A stretch of 64,000 nt of DNA from the NCBI RefSeq assembly GCF_001677475.2, contig NZ_CP015229.1, one strand, 5' to 3'. The position numbers and the translations under genes are program-made. The notes below the pieces were generated by a model. It ran no database searches. It worked only from the letters and a program-made list of their open reading frames with translations, and was not told where the DNA came from. Source of the stretch: Escherichia coli (lineage in GTDB: Bacteria; Pseudomonadota; Gammaproteobacteria; Enterobacterales; Enterobacteriaceae). Shown here piece by piece: positions 1 through 12,654 of this stretch. Positions within the stretch are counted from its first letter, which is position 1; the number at the start of each line of letters is the position of its first letter.

Positions 1-802
1 CAAAGCGACGGCATTGACTGAAGCAGTTAATCGCCAGCTGCACCCTAAACCGGAAGATGAATCTCGCGTCAGTGCCTCATTACGTTCAGCAATTCAAAAA
101 TCCGGCATGGTATTGCTTGATGATTTTGGCGACATTGTACTGAAGACAGCGGATTTATGTTCTGCCAAAGATGACTGTGTGCGACTGAAAAATGCGCTGG
201 TCAATCTCGGCAACAGTAAAGACTGGGACGCGCTGGTAAAACGCGCCAACGCCGGGAAGCTCGATGGCGTGAATGTGTTATTACGCCCGGTGAGTGCGGA
301 ATCGCTGGATAACCTGGTGGCAACCTCCACCGCGCCGTTTATCACGCATGAAACGGCGCGAGCGGCACAATCACTAAACAGTCCGGCCCCCGGCGGATTC
401 CTGATTGTCAGCGACGAAGGCAGCGATTTTGTTGATCAGCCCTGGCCTTCGGCATCACTTTACGACTACCCGCCGCAAGAACAGTGGAACGCTTTCCAGA
501 AACTGGCACAAATGCTGATGCATACGCCGTTTAACGCCGAGGGTATCGTCACAAAAATCTTCACTGACGCCAATGGTACGCAGCATATAGGCCTTCATCC
601 GATCCCGGATCGTTCCGGCCTGTGGCGCTATCTCAGCACCACTCTGCTGCTACTGACGATGCTGAGTAGCGCCATTTATAATGGCGTACAGGCCTGGCGG
701 CGTTACCAGCGTCATCGCACTCGCATGATGAAGATTCAGGCCTATTATGAAAGCTGCCTGAACCCGCAACTGATCACACCTTCAGAAAGCCTTATCGAAT
801 AA
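1..802 (+). CDS. igaA: IgaA (YrfF) inner-membrane protein, C-terminal part; 5' end lies upstream of the window
   Basis: Open frame runs in from window start to stop at 802 (track ORF 14..802); hydrophobic helix near C-terminus; position upstream of yrfG-hslRO matches K-12 gene order. Confidence 0.75.
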   Translation, partial: KATALTEAVNRQLHPKPEDESRVSASLRSAIQKSGMVLLDDFGDIVLKTADLCSAKDDCVRLKNALVNLGNSKDWDALVKRANAGKLDGVNVLLRPVSAESLDNLVATSTAPFITHETARAAQSLNSPAPGGFLIVSDEGSDFVDQPWPSASLYDYPPQEQWNAFQKLAQMLMHTPFNAEGIVTKIFTDANGTQHIGLHPIPDRSGLWRYLSTTLLLLTMLSSAIYNGVQAWRRYQRHRTRMMKIQAYYESCLNPQLITPSESLIE

Positions 803-866
803 CACGTTTGCGCGGCAGGTTATGCTACCCTGTCGCGCAAATTGCTTCACTCTGGAGATTTCCCTC

Positions 867-1535
867 ATGCATATCAACATTGCCTGGCAGGACGTAGATA
901 CCGTACTGCTGGATATGGACGGCACGTTGCTCGACCTCGCCTTCGATAACTATTTCTGGCAAAAGCTGGTACCTGAAACATGGGGCGCGAAAAACGGGGT
1001 TACGCCACAGGAAGCGATGGAATATATGCGCCAGCAATATCACGACGTACAGCATACGCTAAACTGGTACTGTCTTGATTACTGGAGTGAGCAACTGGGT
1101 CTGGATATCTGTGCGATGACCACCGAGATGGGACCGCGCGCCGTACTGCGTGAAGATACCATTCCGTTTCTTGAGGCACTGAAAGCCAGCGGTAAGCAGC
1201 GAATTTTGCTCACCAATGCGCATCCACACAACCTGGCGGTAAAACTTGAGCATACCGGTCTGGACGCACACCTTGATTTATTACTTTCCACCCACACATT
1301 TGGTTATCCGAAAGAGGATCAGCGGTTATGGCATGCGGTGGCCGAAGCTACGGGTCTGAAAGCTGAAAGAACGCTGTTTATTGATGACAGCGAAGCGATT
1401 CTCGATGCTGCCGCGCAATTTGGTATTCGTTACTGCCTCGGCGTGACTAATCCTGACTCCGGGATTGCCGAGAAACAGTATCAACGCCATCCGTCACTGA
1501 ATGACTACCGCCGCCTGATCCCCTCGCTAATGTGA
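867..1535 (+). CDS. yrfG: HAD-family nucleotidase YrfG
   Basis: Track ORF 822..1535; HAD motif LLDMDGTLLD at the ATG at 867 (MHINIAWQDV); 222 aa from that start. Confidence 0.9.
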   Translation: MHINIAWQDVDTVLLDMDGTLLDLAFDNYFWQKLVPETWGAKNGVTPQEAMEYMRQQYHDVQHTLNWYCLDYWSEQLGLDICAMTTEMGPRAVLREDTIPFLEALKASGKQRILLTNAHPHNLAVKLEHTGLDAHLDLLLSTHTFGYPKEDQRLWHAVAEATGLKAERTLFIDDSEAILDAAAQFGIRYCLGVTNPDSGIAEKQYQRHPSLNDYRRLIPSLM

Positions 1536-1545
1536 AGGAGACGCC

Positions 1546-1947
1546 ATGAAAGAAAAACCTGCTGTTGAGGTTCGACTGGATAAATGGCTATGGGCTGCCC
1601 GTTTTTATAAAACCCGCGCGCTGGCCCGTGAAATGATTGAAGGCGGTAAGGTGCATTACAACGGGCAGCGCAGCAAGCCGAGCAAAATCGTCGAGCTGAA
1701 TGCCACGCTCACTCTGCGCCAGGGAAATGACGAACGCACGGTGATTGTAAAGGCGATTACTGAACAGCGTCGCCCCGCCAGCGAGGCAGCCTTGCTGTAT
1801 GAAGAGACTGTGGAAAGTGTAGAGAAACGCGAAAAAATGGCGCTGGCACGTAAACTTAATGCCTTAACCATGCCGCATCCGGACCGACGCCCGGACAAAA
1901 AAGAGCGCCGCGACCTGTTACGATTTAAACACGGCGACAGTGAATAA
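1546..1947 (+). CDS. hslR: Heat shock protein Hsp15 (ribosome-associated, S4-like RNA-binding)
   Basis: 133-aa ORF, sequence and position immediately upstream of hslO. Confidence 0.93.
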   Translation: MKEKPAVEVRLDKWLWAARFYKTRALAREMIEGGKVHYNGQRSKPSKIVELNATLTLRQGNDERTVIVKAITEQRRPASEAALLYEETVESVEKREKMALARKLNALTMPHPDRRPDKKERRDLLRFKHGDSE

Positions 1948-1965
1948 CTGTCACCTGTAAGAGAG

Positions 1966-2850
1966 ATGATTATGCCGCAACATGACCAATTACATCGCTA
2001 TCTGTTTGAAAACTTTGCCGTTCGCGGCGAACTGGTAACCGTTTCGGAAACCCTGCAACAGATCCTTGAGAATCACGATTATCCGCAGCCCGTTAAAAAC
2101 GTGCTGGCAGAACTGCTGGTTGCGACCAGCCTGTTAACCGCTACGTTGAAGTTTGATGGTGATATCACTGTACAGCTGCAAGGCGACGGTCCGATGAATC
2201 TGGCGGTTATTAACGGTAACAACAACCAGCAGATGCGCGGTGTGGCGCGCGTGCAGGGCGAAATTCCAGAAAATGCCGACCTGAAAACGCTGGTCGGCAA
2301 TGGTTACGTGGTGATCACCATTACCCCGAGCGAAGGCGAACGCTATCAGGGCGTGGTTGGTCTGGAAGGTGATACCCTGGCGGCCTGCCTGGAAGATTAC
2401 TTTATGCGTTCTGAACAGCTGCCGACGCGCCTGTTTATTCGCACCGGCGACGTAGACGGCAAACCGGCTGCAGGCGGTATGTTGTTGCAGGTAATGCCTG
2501 CGCAAAATGCCCAGCAGGACGACTTTGACCACCTGGCAACGCTAACCGAAACCATCAAAACCGAAGAACTGCTGACCTTACCGGCAAACGAAGTGTTGTG
2601 GCGTTTGTATCACGAAGAAGAGGTGACGGTTTACGATCCGCAGGATGTGGAGTTCAAATGCACCTGCTCGCGTGAACGTTGCGCCGATGCGCTGAAAACG
2701 CTGCCTGATGAAGAAGTCGATAGCATCCTGGCGGAAGATGGCGAAATTGACATGCATTGTGATTACTGCGGTAACCACTATCTGTTCAATGCGATGGATA
2801 TTGCTGAAATCCGCAACAACGCGTCTCCGGCAGATCCGCAAGTTCATTAA
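1966..2850 (+). CDS. hslO: Redox-regulated chaperone Hsp33
   Basis: 294-aa ORF; C-terminal zinc centre CTCSRERC ... CDYCGNHY places Cys at 232/234/265/268 when counted from MIMPQ. Confidence 0.95.
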   Translation: MIMPQHDQLHRYLFENFAVRGELVTVSETLQQILENHDYPQPVKNVLAELLVATSLLTATLKFDGDITVQLQGDGPMNLAVINGNNNQQMRGVARVQGEIPENADLKTLVGNGYVVITITPSEGERYQGVVGLEGDTLAACLEDYFMRSEQLPTRLFIRTGDVDGKPAAGGMLLQVMPAQNAQQDDFDHLATLTETIKTEELLTLPANEVLWRLYHEEEVTVYDPQDVEFKCTCSRERCADALKTLPDEEVDSILAEDGEIDMHCDYCGNHYLFNAMDIAEIRNNASPADPQVH

Positions 2851-2978
2851 TGAGTATGTCCGGCAGAGAGGGCTCTGCCGGATTTTACGACGTAATGGCC
2901 TGATGCGCTTACCAGGCCTATGAAATAAATCGCAAGTTATTTTGGTCAGATACAGCGTCGTATCCGATAAAAGCATTG

Positions 2979-4703
2979 TCACTTGCTTAAGTTTATTTCC
3001 AGCGTTTCACCATCTACCGCCAGATCGCGCCACGCTTTCGGCCTCGTCCCCAGCTTTCCATCCTTCGCAGCTGTGAGTAATTTTTCTTTCGTTATTTTGC
3101 GCGGAAGTAAACTCATATCAAGCGCGTCCCATTCTTTTCTGGCTGAGTCAAAGCCATAGACAATGACTCTGTCATCATTAAAAGCAAACAGGATCCGCTC
3201 CGCCTGACCATCACTATTCAGATCTTGCTCGACCAGTACGCAGGCGTCTTTTTCAATACAGGTCATCACGTTATAGCGATCCTGGATTAAGGCCGACCAG
3301 AATGTCGCATCCGGTTTACCAGAGCCTGGGGCAATTAACACATTTTCGGCTAATACTTTTTCCGATACCTGTTCCTGAAGATGTTGCTCTCCATCTAACG
3401 CCATCAGCAGATCCCGCGCGCGTTTCGGGTCTTTCATATACTCGGCATCGCTTTTCAGCGACTCAAGCGCCGCACGTCCATAGCGACCGCTCTGTTCGAG
3501 CATATAGAGACTTACCTGGTCTGGCGTGTTTTTGCCGCTCTGATAACGTGCCATATGACTGTTCACGCTAATACGCATACTGTCCAGCACCGGCGAATTA
3601 AGAAGCACCAGTATCACCAACACCAATAACGAAACCGCAAGGTTCACTTTGCCCTGAAGAACAAGGGGGTTTTGCCCTTTACGCCAGACGATACTGACAA
3701 AATACCCCAGCGACCATACCAGTAACACCAGCACCGCCAACGCGCCCTGCAAGCGGTCGACAGTCCAGCCGTACTGAGCGACCCGCAGCCATAACGCCCA
3801 GGCGGCGACGAACACATACAGCGGAGCAGCCAGCAGAGCGGTTTTAATCAGGCAACGCAACGGCCCTGTCCAGGGAAGTGACGCTTTTTGCGGATCGCGG
3901 ACAATAGCCATTAAGATCAATTGCAAAAATGCCAGCGTCAACAGCAACCCAGCGGCGGAGATGTGGCGAGAAATCGCGCTCAGGCCCGTAAACGGCAGGG
4001 TGATAATAAACATCAGGGTTAGCAATGATACTAACGGCAGCAACCCCGTGGCGATTAGCGTGAACAACTTTTGAATAGAGTCGATTAAACGTGACTGTGT
4101 ACGCGCGAGGATCACCGCCAGTGCGGTAACCAGACCTAATGTAAGATACATAAACCAGTCGGTTGCAAAAAAGAGCGTATTGAAAAACGTGATGCCAACA
4201 AGTTTAAACAACTCGCCCCACAGTAAAAGTACCAGCCATGTCAGGCCATTGGCGAGAAAAATCACCAGTAATATAAGTACGTTATGCCATACTGACTGGT
4301 AAAAATAGCGATAGCGGCTACTGTCATTGCGGATGCGAAGGCTTTGTTGTATCCACGGTAGCAACAACATTGCCATCAGCAGCAGATAGCAACCAAAATC
4401 CCAAAGCGCCTTTTCTGCTCTCCAGGGGTTCATGCCATCAGTTTGCCACTTCAGCCAACCGCTCATCCCTGTCGTGGCAATAAACACCAGCACCAGCCAT
4501 CCCCAAAGGCGCTTCTGTTTAAAGGAGATCACGGAGAAGAGTAAAACGGATGAAAACGCGACGGTCGCAGGCACGCCATAAACAATCCAACTGAGATTTT
4601 TTCCGGCAAGCCAGGCGATCAGCAAGTAGCAAACCAGCCCCTGAAGTAATCCGGTAGCAATCATCCCCCAGCGTGTTGCTGGTGAAAGTTCAACGTTATC
4701 CAT
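2979..4703 (-). CDS. yhgE: YhgE, polytopic inner-membrane protein of unknown function
   Basis: 574-aa ORF, many hydrophobic helices, position between hslO and pck. Confidence 0.85.
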   Translation of the reverse strand: MDNVELSPATRWGMIATGLLQGLVCYLLIAWLAGKNLSWIVYGVPATVAFSSVLLFSVISFKQKRLWGWLVLVFIATTGMSGWLKWQTDGMNPWRAEKALWDFGCYLLLMAMLLLPWIQQSLRIRNDSSRYRYFYQSVWHNVLILLVIFLANGLTWLVLLLWGELFKLVGITFFNTLFFATDWFMYLTLGLVTALAVILARTQSRLIDSIQKLFTLIATGLLPLVSLLTLMFIITLPFTGLSAISRHISAAGLLLTLAFLQLILMAIVRDPQKASLPWTGPLRCLIKTALLAAPLYVFVAAWALWLRVAQYGWTVDRLQGALAVLVLLVWSLGYFVSIVWRKGQNPLVLQGKVNLAVSLLVLVILVLLNSPVLDSMRISVNSHMARYQSGKNTPDQVSLYMLEQSGRYGRAALESLKSDAEYMKDPKRARDLLMALDGEQHLQEQVSEKVLAENVLIAPGSGKPDATFWSALIQDRYNVMTCIEKDACVLVEQDLNSDGQAERILFAFNDDRVIVYGFDSARKEWDALDMSLLPRKITKEKLLTAAKDGKLGTRPKAWRDLAVDGETLEINLSK

Positions 4704-5081
4704 GTTGGTTATCCAGAATCAAAAGGTGGGTTAATTATCGCATCCGGGCAGTAGTATTTTGCTTTTTTCAGAAAATAATCAAAAAAAGTTAGCGTGGTGA
4801 ATCGATACTTTACCGATTGAATTTGCATCAATTTCATTCAGGAATGCGATTCCACTCACAATATTCCCGCCATATAAACCAAGATTTAACCTTTTGAGAA
4901 CATTTTCCACACCTAAAATGCTATTTCTGCGATAATAGCAACCGTTTCGTGACAGGAATCACGGAGTTTTTTGTCAAATATGAATTTCTCCAGATACGTA
5001 AATCTATGAGCCTTGTCGCGGTTAACACCCCCAAAAAGACTTTACTATTCAGGCAATACATATTGGCTAAGGAGCAGTGAA

Positions 5082-6704
5082 ATGCGCGTTAACAATGGTT
5101 TGACCCCGCAAGAACTCGAGGCTTATGGTATCAGTGACGTACATGATATCGTTTACAACCCAAGCTACGGCCTGCTGTATCAGGAAGAGCTCGATCCGAG
5201 CCTGACAGGTTATGAGCGCGGGGTGTTAACTAATCTGGGTGCCGTTGCCGTCGATACCGGGATCTTCACTGGTCGTTCACCAAAAGATAAGTATATCGTC
5301 CGTGACGATACCACTCGCGATACTTTCTGGTGGGCAGACAAAGGCAAAGGTAAGAACGATAACAAACCTCTCTCTCCGGAAACCTGGCAGCATCTGAAAG
5401 GCCTGGTGACCAAGCAGCTTTCCGGCAAACGTCTGTTCGTTGTCGACGCCTTCTGTGGTGCGAACCCGGATACTCGTCTTTCCGTCCGTTTCATCACCGA
5501 AGTGGCCTGGCAGGCGCATTTTGTCAAAAACATGTTTATTCGCCCGAGCGATGAAGAGCTGGCAGGTTTCAAACCAGACTTTATCGTTATGAACGGCGCG
5601 AAGTGCACTAACCCGCAGTGGAAAGAACAGGGTCTGAACTCCGAAAACTTCGTGGCGTTTAACCTGACCGAGCGCATGCAGCTGATTGGCGGCACCTGGT
5701 ACGGCGGCGAAATGAAAAAAGGGATGTTCTCGATGATGAACTACCTGCTGCCGCTGAAAGGTATCGCTTCTATGCACTGCTCCGCCAACGTTGGTGAGAA
5801 AGGCGATGTTGCGGTATTCTTCGGCCTTTCCGGCACCGGTAAAACCACCCTTTCCACCGACCCGAAACGCCGCCTGATTGGCGATGACGAGCACGGCTGG
5901 GACGATGACGGCGTGTTTAACTTCGAAGGCGGCTGCTACGCAAAAACTATCAAGCTGTCGAAAGAAGCGGAACCTGAAATCTACAACGCTATCCGTCGTG
6001 ATGCGCTGCTGGAAAACGTCACCGTGCGTGAAGATGGTTCTATCGACTTTGATGATGGTTCAAAAACCGAGAACACCCGCGTTTCTTATCCGATCTATCA
6101 CATCGAAAACATCGTTAAGCCGGTGTCCAAAGCGGGCCACGCAACTAAAGTTATCTTCCTGACCGCAGACGCCTTTGGTGTGCTGCCGCCGGTTTCTCGT
6201 CTGACTGCCGATCAAACCCAGTACCACTTCCTCTCTGGCTTCACCGCCAAACTGGCTGGTACAGAGCGCGGCATCACCGAACCGACGCCAACTTTCTCCG
6301 CCTGCTTCGGCGCGGCATTCCTGTCGCTGCACCCGACTCAGTACGCAGAAGTGCTGGTGAAACGTATGCAGGCGGCGGGCGCGCAGGCTTATCTGGTTAA
6401 CACTGGCTGGAATGGCACTGGCAAACGTATCTCGATTAAAGATACCCGCGCTATTATCGACGCCATCCTCAACGGTTCACTGGATAATGCAGAAACCTTC
6501 ACTTTGCCGATGTTTAACCTGGCGATCCCAACAGAACTGCCGGGCGTAGACACTAAGATCCTTGATCCGCGTAACACCTACGCTTCTCCGGAACAGTGGC
6601 AGGAAAAAGCCGAAACCCTGGCGAAACTGTTTATCGACAACTTCGATAAATACACCGACACCCCAGCGGGTGCCGCGCTGGTAGCGGCTGGTCCGAAACT
6701 GTAA
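5082..6704 (+). CDS. pck: Phosphoenolpyruvate carboxykinase (ATP)
   Basis: Track ORF 5013..6704; start moved to ATG at 5082 ([10 protein letters not shown]) preceded by AGGAG at 5071-5075; kinase-1a motif GLSGTGKTT; 540 aa. Confidence 0.97.
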   Translation: MRVNNGLTPQELEAYGISDVHDIVYNPSYGLLYQEELDPSLTGYERGVLTNLGAVAVDTGIFTGRSPKDKYIVRDDTTRDTFWWADKGKGKNDNKPLSPETWQHLKGLVTKQLSGKRLFVVDAFCGANPDTRLSVRFITEVAWQAHFVKNMFIRPSDEELAGFKPDFIVMNGAKCTNPQWKEQGLNSENFVAFNLTERMQLIGGTWYGGEMKKGMFSMMNYLLPLKGIASMHCSANVGEKGDVAVFFGLSGTGKTTLSTDPKRRLIGDDEHGWDDDGVFNFEGGCYAKTIKLSKEAEPEIYNAIRRDALLENVTVREDGSIDFDDGSKTENTRVSYPIYHIENIVKPVSKAGHATKVIFLTADAFGVLPPVSRLTADQTQYHFLSGFTAKLAGTERGITEPTPTFSACFGAAFLSLHPTQYAEVLVKRMQAAGAQAYLVNTGWNGTGKRISIKDTRAIIDAILNGSLDNAETFTLPMFNLAIPTELPGVDTKILDPRNTYASPEQWQEKAETLAKLFIDNFDKYTDTPAGAALVAAGPKL

Positions 6705-6748
6705 TGATTTGAAGCTGGAGAATATCTATCCAGTATCTTATAGAAAGC

Positions 6749-6780
6749 AAAACGGGAGACACCTTCGCCTCCCGTTTTAT
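6749..6780. terminator. Bidirectional rho-independent terminator between convergent pck and envZ
   Basis: Inverted repeat AAAACGGGAG ... CTCCCGTTTT flanked by T-runs on both strands. Confidence 0.7.
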
Positions 6781-8849
<2,069 letters not shown>

Positions 8850-9076
8850 TGTTTGTACTCCCAAAGGTTCGCAACAATTTGTAAGCGTGTATTCTTAAAA
8901 AAGCTCACGTTCGTCACCAGCTAAATCTGGTATGAATTTCAGCCTAAATTGTTACAAAGCATATTAAACAGCAGCTTAAGTATACAATTTATTCGGCGAA
9001 ACATTATTGATTCTGTTGATATGATCACGTTATACCCAATGTGCGCATTATCAAACAGACAAAGGGAATCAACGAG

Positions 9077-9553
9077 ATGAAAACGCCCCTGGTTACCCGG
9101 GAAGGGTATGAAAAACTCAAACAAGAGCTTAATTATCTCTGGCGTGAAGAACGCCCGGAGGTCACAAAGAAAGTGACCTGGGCCGCAAGTCTGGGCGACC
9201 GCAGCGAAAATGCTGACTATCAGTATAATAAAAAGCGCCTGCGTGAAATCGACCGTCGCGTGCGCTATCTCACTAAATGCATGGAAAATCTCAAAATCGT
9301 CGATTACTCCCCGCAGCAGGAAGGCAAAGTCTTTTTTGGCGCGTGGGTGGAGATTGAAAACGACGATGGCGTGACTCACCGTTTCCGTATTGTCGGCTAC
9401 GATGAAATTTTTGGCCGTAAAGATTACATCTCTATCGATTCCCCGATGGCCCGCGCATTGTTGAAAAAAGAGGTGGGCGATTTGGCGGTGGTGAATACCC
9501 CTGCCGGGGAAGCGAGCTGGTATGTTAATGCTATCGAGTACGTGAAACCGTAA
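9077..9553 (+). CDS. greB: Transcription elongation factor GreB
   Basis: Track ORF 9041..9553; start at ATG 9077 (MKTPLVTREGYEKL), 158 aa. Confidence 0.95.
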   Translation: MKTPLVTREGYEKLKQELNYLWREERPEVTKKVTWAASLGDRSENADYQYNKKRLREIDRRVRYLTKCMENLKIVDYSPQQEGKVFFGAWVEIENDDGVTHRFRIVGYDEIFGRKDYISIDSPMARALLKKEVGDLAVVNTPAGEASWYVNAIEYVKP

Positions 9554-9649
9554 GGAAGAGTCTTAACCTCCTGCCGATGGCTGGCATTTTTGCCAGCCAG
9601 TCCGTATAACTATCCCCTGATTTTTGATCCGAAAAGATGAACTCAAACC

Positions 9650-11971
9650 ATGATGAATGATTCGTTCTGCCGCATTATTGCGGGTGAAATTCAGGCGCGC
9701 CCGGAACAGGTTGAAGCCGCCGTTCGCCTGCTTGACGAAGGGAATACCGTGCCGTTTATCGCACGTTATCGTAAGGAAATCACCGGCGGTCTGGATGACA
9801 CGCAGTTGCGTAATCTGGAAACGCGTCTGAGCTACCTGCGCGAGCTGGAAGAGAGACGTCAGGCGATCCTCAAGTCCATTTCTGAGCAAGGTAAACTCAC
9901 CGATGAGCTGGCGAATGCCATCAACGCCACCTTAAGCAAAACCGAACTCGAAGACCTCTATCTGCCCTACAAACCTAAACGCCGCACCCGTGGGCAAATC
10001 GCCATTGAAGCAGGTCTTGAGCCGTTGGCTGACCTGCTGTGGAGCGATCCGTCACACACGCCAGAAGTCGCCGCTGCACAATATGTTGATGCCGATAAAG
10101 GCGTGGCAGATACCAAAGCTGCGCTGGACGGCGCGCGCTATATCCTGATGGAACGGTTTGCCGAAGATGCCGCGCTGCTGGCAAAAGTGCGTGATTATCT
10201 GTGGAAGAACGCGCATTTGGTTTCTACGGTGGTGAGCGGTAAAGAAGAGGAAGGGGCGAAATTCCGCGACTATTTCGATCATCACGAACCGCTGTCAACG
10301 GTGCCTTCTCACCGCGCGCTGGCGATGTTCCGTGGGCGTAACGAAGGCATACTCCAGCTTTCGCTGAATGCCGATCCACAGTTCGATGAGCCGCCGAAAG
10401 AGAGCTATTGCGAGCAAATCATCATGGATCATCTCGGCCTGCGCCTGAACAATGCCCCGGCGGATAGCTGGCGCAAAGGCGTGGTGAGCTGGACGTGGCG
10501 CATCAAGGTGCTGATGCATCTGGAAACCGAACTGATGGGCACCGTGCGCGAACGTGCGGAAGATGAAGCAATCAACGTCTTTGCCCGTAACCTGCACGAT
10601 CTGCTGATGGCGGCCCCAGCCGGACTGCGTGCCACGATGGGCCTCGATCCGGGTCTGCGTACTGGGGTAAAAGTGGCGGTAGTCGATGCAACCGGCAAAC
10701 TGGTGGCGACCGACACCATTTACCCGCACACCGGACAAGCCGCAAAAGCAGCGATGACCGTTGCTGCCCTGTGTGAAAAGCATAATGTTGAACTGGTGGC
10801 GATCGGCAACGGTACAGCTTCCCGCGAAACTGAGCGTTTCTATCTCGATGTCCAGAAACAGTTCCCAAAAGTGACCGCGCAGAAAGTGATCGTCAGCGAA
10901 GCAGGCGCGTCGGTTTACTCGGCTTCAGAGCTGGCTGCACAGGAGTTCCCGGATCTCGACGTTTCGCTGCGTGGCGCGGTGTCTATCGCCCGCCGTTTGC
11001 AAGATCCGCTGGCGGAGCTGGTGAAAATCGATCCGAAATCTATCGGCGTAGGTCAGTATCAGCATGACGTCAGCCAGACGCAGCTGGCACGCAAACTGGA
11101 TGCAGTAGTAGAAGACTGCGTAAACGCTGTTGGCGTCGATCTCAACACCGCTTCTGTTCCGCTGTTAACCCGCGTGGCGGGCCTGACGCGCATGATGGCG
11201 CAAAACATCGTGGCCTGGCGCGATGAGAACGGTCAGTTCCAGAACCGTCAGCAACTGCTGAAAGTGAGCCGTCTGGGGCCGAAAGCCTTCGAGCAGTGCG
11301 CGGGCTTCCTGCGGATTAACCACGGCGATAACCCGCTTGACGCCTCTACCGTTCACCCGGAAGCCTATCCGGTGGTGGAACGCATTCTGGCAGCAACACA
11401 GCAGGCACTGAAAGATCTGATGGGTAACAGCAGCGAGCTGCGTAACCTGAAAGCGTCTGACTTTACTGATGAAAAATTCGGTGTACCGACGGTAACTGAC
11501 ATCATCAAAGAGCTGGAAAAACCGGGTCGCGATCCGCGTCCGGAATTTAAAACCGCTCAGTTTGCCGATGGCGTCGAGACAATGAACGACCTGCAACCGG
11601 GTATGATCCTCGAAGGCGCAGTGACCAACGTCACCAACTTTGGCGCGTTTGTCGATATCGGCGTGCATCAGGACGGCCTGGTTCACATCTCTTCATTGTC
11701 GAATAAGTTTGTGGAAGATCCGCATACCGTGGTGAAAGCGGGCGATATTGTGAAGGTGAAAGTGCTGGAAGTGGATCTTCAGCGTAAACGTATCGCCCTG
11801 ACCATGCGTCTGGACGAGCAGCCTGGCGAAACCAACGCGCGTCGCGGCGGCGGGAATGAACGTCCGCAAAACAACCGCCCGGCAGCCAAACCGCGTGGGC
11901 GTGAAGCGCAGCCTGCCGGTAACAGCGCGATGATGGATGCGCTGGCGGCGGCAATGGGCAAAAAACGTTAA
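9650..11971 (+). CDS. tex: Tex/YhgF transcription accessory protein (S1 domain, YqgF/RNase H-like and HhH domains)
   Basis: 773-aa ORF; C-terminal S1 domain ([21 protein letters not shown]). Confidence 0.95.
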   Translation: MMNDSFCRIIAGEIQARPEQVEAAVRLLDEGNTVPFIARYRKEITGGLDDTQLRNLETRLSYLRELEERRQAILKSISEQGKLTDELANAINATLSKTELEDLYLPYKPKRRTRGQIAIEAGLEPLADLLWSDPSHTPEVAAAQYVDADKGVADTKAALDGARYILMERFAEDAALLAKVRDYLWKNAHLVSTVVSGKEEEGAKFRDYFDHHEPLSTVPSHRALAMFRGRNEGILQLSLNADPQFDEPPKESYCEQIIMDHLGLRLNNAPADSWRKGVVSWTWRIKVLMHLETELMGTVRERAEDEAINVFARNLHDLLMAAPAGLRATMGLDPGLRTGVKVAVVDATGKLVATDTIYPHTGQAAKAAMTVAALCEKHNVELVAIGNGTASRETERFYLDVQKQFPKVTAQKVIVSEAGASVYSASELAAQEFPDLDVSLRGAVSIARRLQDPLAELVKIDPKSIGVGQYQHDVSQTQLARKLDAVVEDCVNAVGVDLNTASVPLLTRVAGLTRMMAQNIVAWRDENGQFQNRQQLLKVSRLGPKAFEQCAGFLRINHGDNPLDASTVHPEAYPVVERILAATQQALKDLMGNSSELRNLKASDFTDEKFGVPTVTDIIKELEKPGRDPRPEFKTAQFADGVETMNDLQPGMILEGAVTNVTNFGAFVDIGVHQDGLVHISSLSNKFVEDPHTVVKAGDIVKVKVLEVDLQRKRIALTMRLDEQPGETNARRGGGNERPQNNRPAAKPRGREAQPAGNSAMMDALAAAMGKKR

Positions 11972-11995
11972 ACGCCCTGATAGACAAACGTAAAC

Positions 11996-12027
11996 CTGCC
12001 AGATAAGGCGTTCACGCCGCATCTGGC
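11996..12027. repeat. REP-like palindromic element downstream of tex
   Basis: CTGCCAGATAAGGCGTTCACGCCGCATCTGGCA, REP-type imperfect palindrome. Confidence 0.55.
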
Positions 12028-12054
12028 AACGAACGCCTTGCCTGACATAAAAGT

Positions 12055-12080
12055 GCCGGAGAATATCTCCGGCCTTTTTA
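12055..12080 (+). terminator. Rho-independent terminator after tex
   Basis: GCCGGAGAATATCTCCGGC hairpin followed by CTTTTTA. Confidence 0.75.
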
Positions 12081-12207
12081 TTCCACAACCAAACTCTCAA
12101 TATATCCCGTTAATATTTATCACTTCATTAACAACTGAAACCTTAATTAAACATTAACCAGTCCTGGTAATTCGCTATTCGAATTATATTTTCGCTGCGA
12201 TATAACC

Positions 12208-12221
12208 TTGAGCCACATCAA
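12208..12221 (+). promoter_or_regulatory. Candidate FNR site in the feoABC promoter region
   Basis: TTGAGccacATCAA resembles the FNR consensus TTGAT-N4-ATCAA. Confidence 0.5.
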
Positions 12222-12275
12222 TATTGAGTCAGATTATTATTCAAACCAACATTCGCACACATTTTAAGTATTGCT

Positions 12276-12303
12276 GATAGAAACCATTCTCATTATCATT
12301 GTG
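12276..12303 (+). promoter_or_regulatory. Candidate Fur box in the feoABC promoter region
   Basis: GATAGAAACCATTCTCATTATCATTGTG resembles the Fur consensus GATAATGATAATCATTATC. Confidence 0.5.
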
Positions 12304-12410
12304 TTGTTGATTATTTAATCTCTCCTTCGTTGGCAAATCATCTGGTCTCATGTCGCTGTCAAACGCCCCATGAGGTAGTTATCCAGTTAATGAGAAACAA
12401 GTAGGCACCT

Positions 12411-12638
12411 ATGCAATACACTCCAGATACTGCGTGGAAAATCACTGGCTTTTCCCGTGAAATCAGCCCGGCATATCGCCAAAAACTGCTTTCTCTAGGC
12501 ATGTTACCTGGCTCCTCTTTTAATGTGGTGCGCGTCGCTCCACTCGGCGACCCCATTCATATCGAAACCCGTCGTGTGAGCCTGGTATTACGCAAAAAAG
12601 ATCTGGCCTTATTAGAAGTGGAAGCGGTTTCCTGTTAA
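12411..12638 (+). CDS. feoA: Ferrous iron transport protein A
   Basis: 75-aa ORF immediately upstream of feoB. Confidence 0.95.
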   Translation: MQYTPDTAWKITGFSREISPAYRQKLLSLGMLPGSSFNVVRVAPLGDPIHIETRRVSLVLRKKDLALLEVEAVSC

Positions 12639-12654
12639 TACGGTGATAACAACA

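Noticed and set aside
5013-5081. N-terminal extensions of track ORFs (pck from 5013; similar cases at yrfG 822, greB 9041, feoB 12643, gntX 17273, glpE 34247, glpD 34398, glgC 44933, asd 50507, yhhY 56628, ggt 59015, ugpC 61384)
   Set aside because: Longest-ORF artefacts; the internal ATG with a Shine-Dalgarno and the expected protein N-terminus was used instead.
5277-5894. 205-aa minus-strand ORF inside pck
   Set aside because: Antisense shadow ORF within a highly conserved gene.
9580-9597. Hairpin GCTGGCAttttTGCCAGC between greB and tex
   Set aside because: T-run is in the loop rather than after the stem; ambiguous as a terminator.
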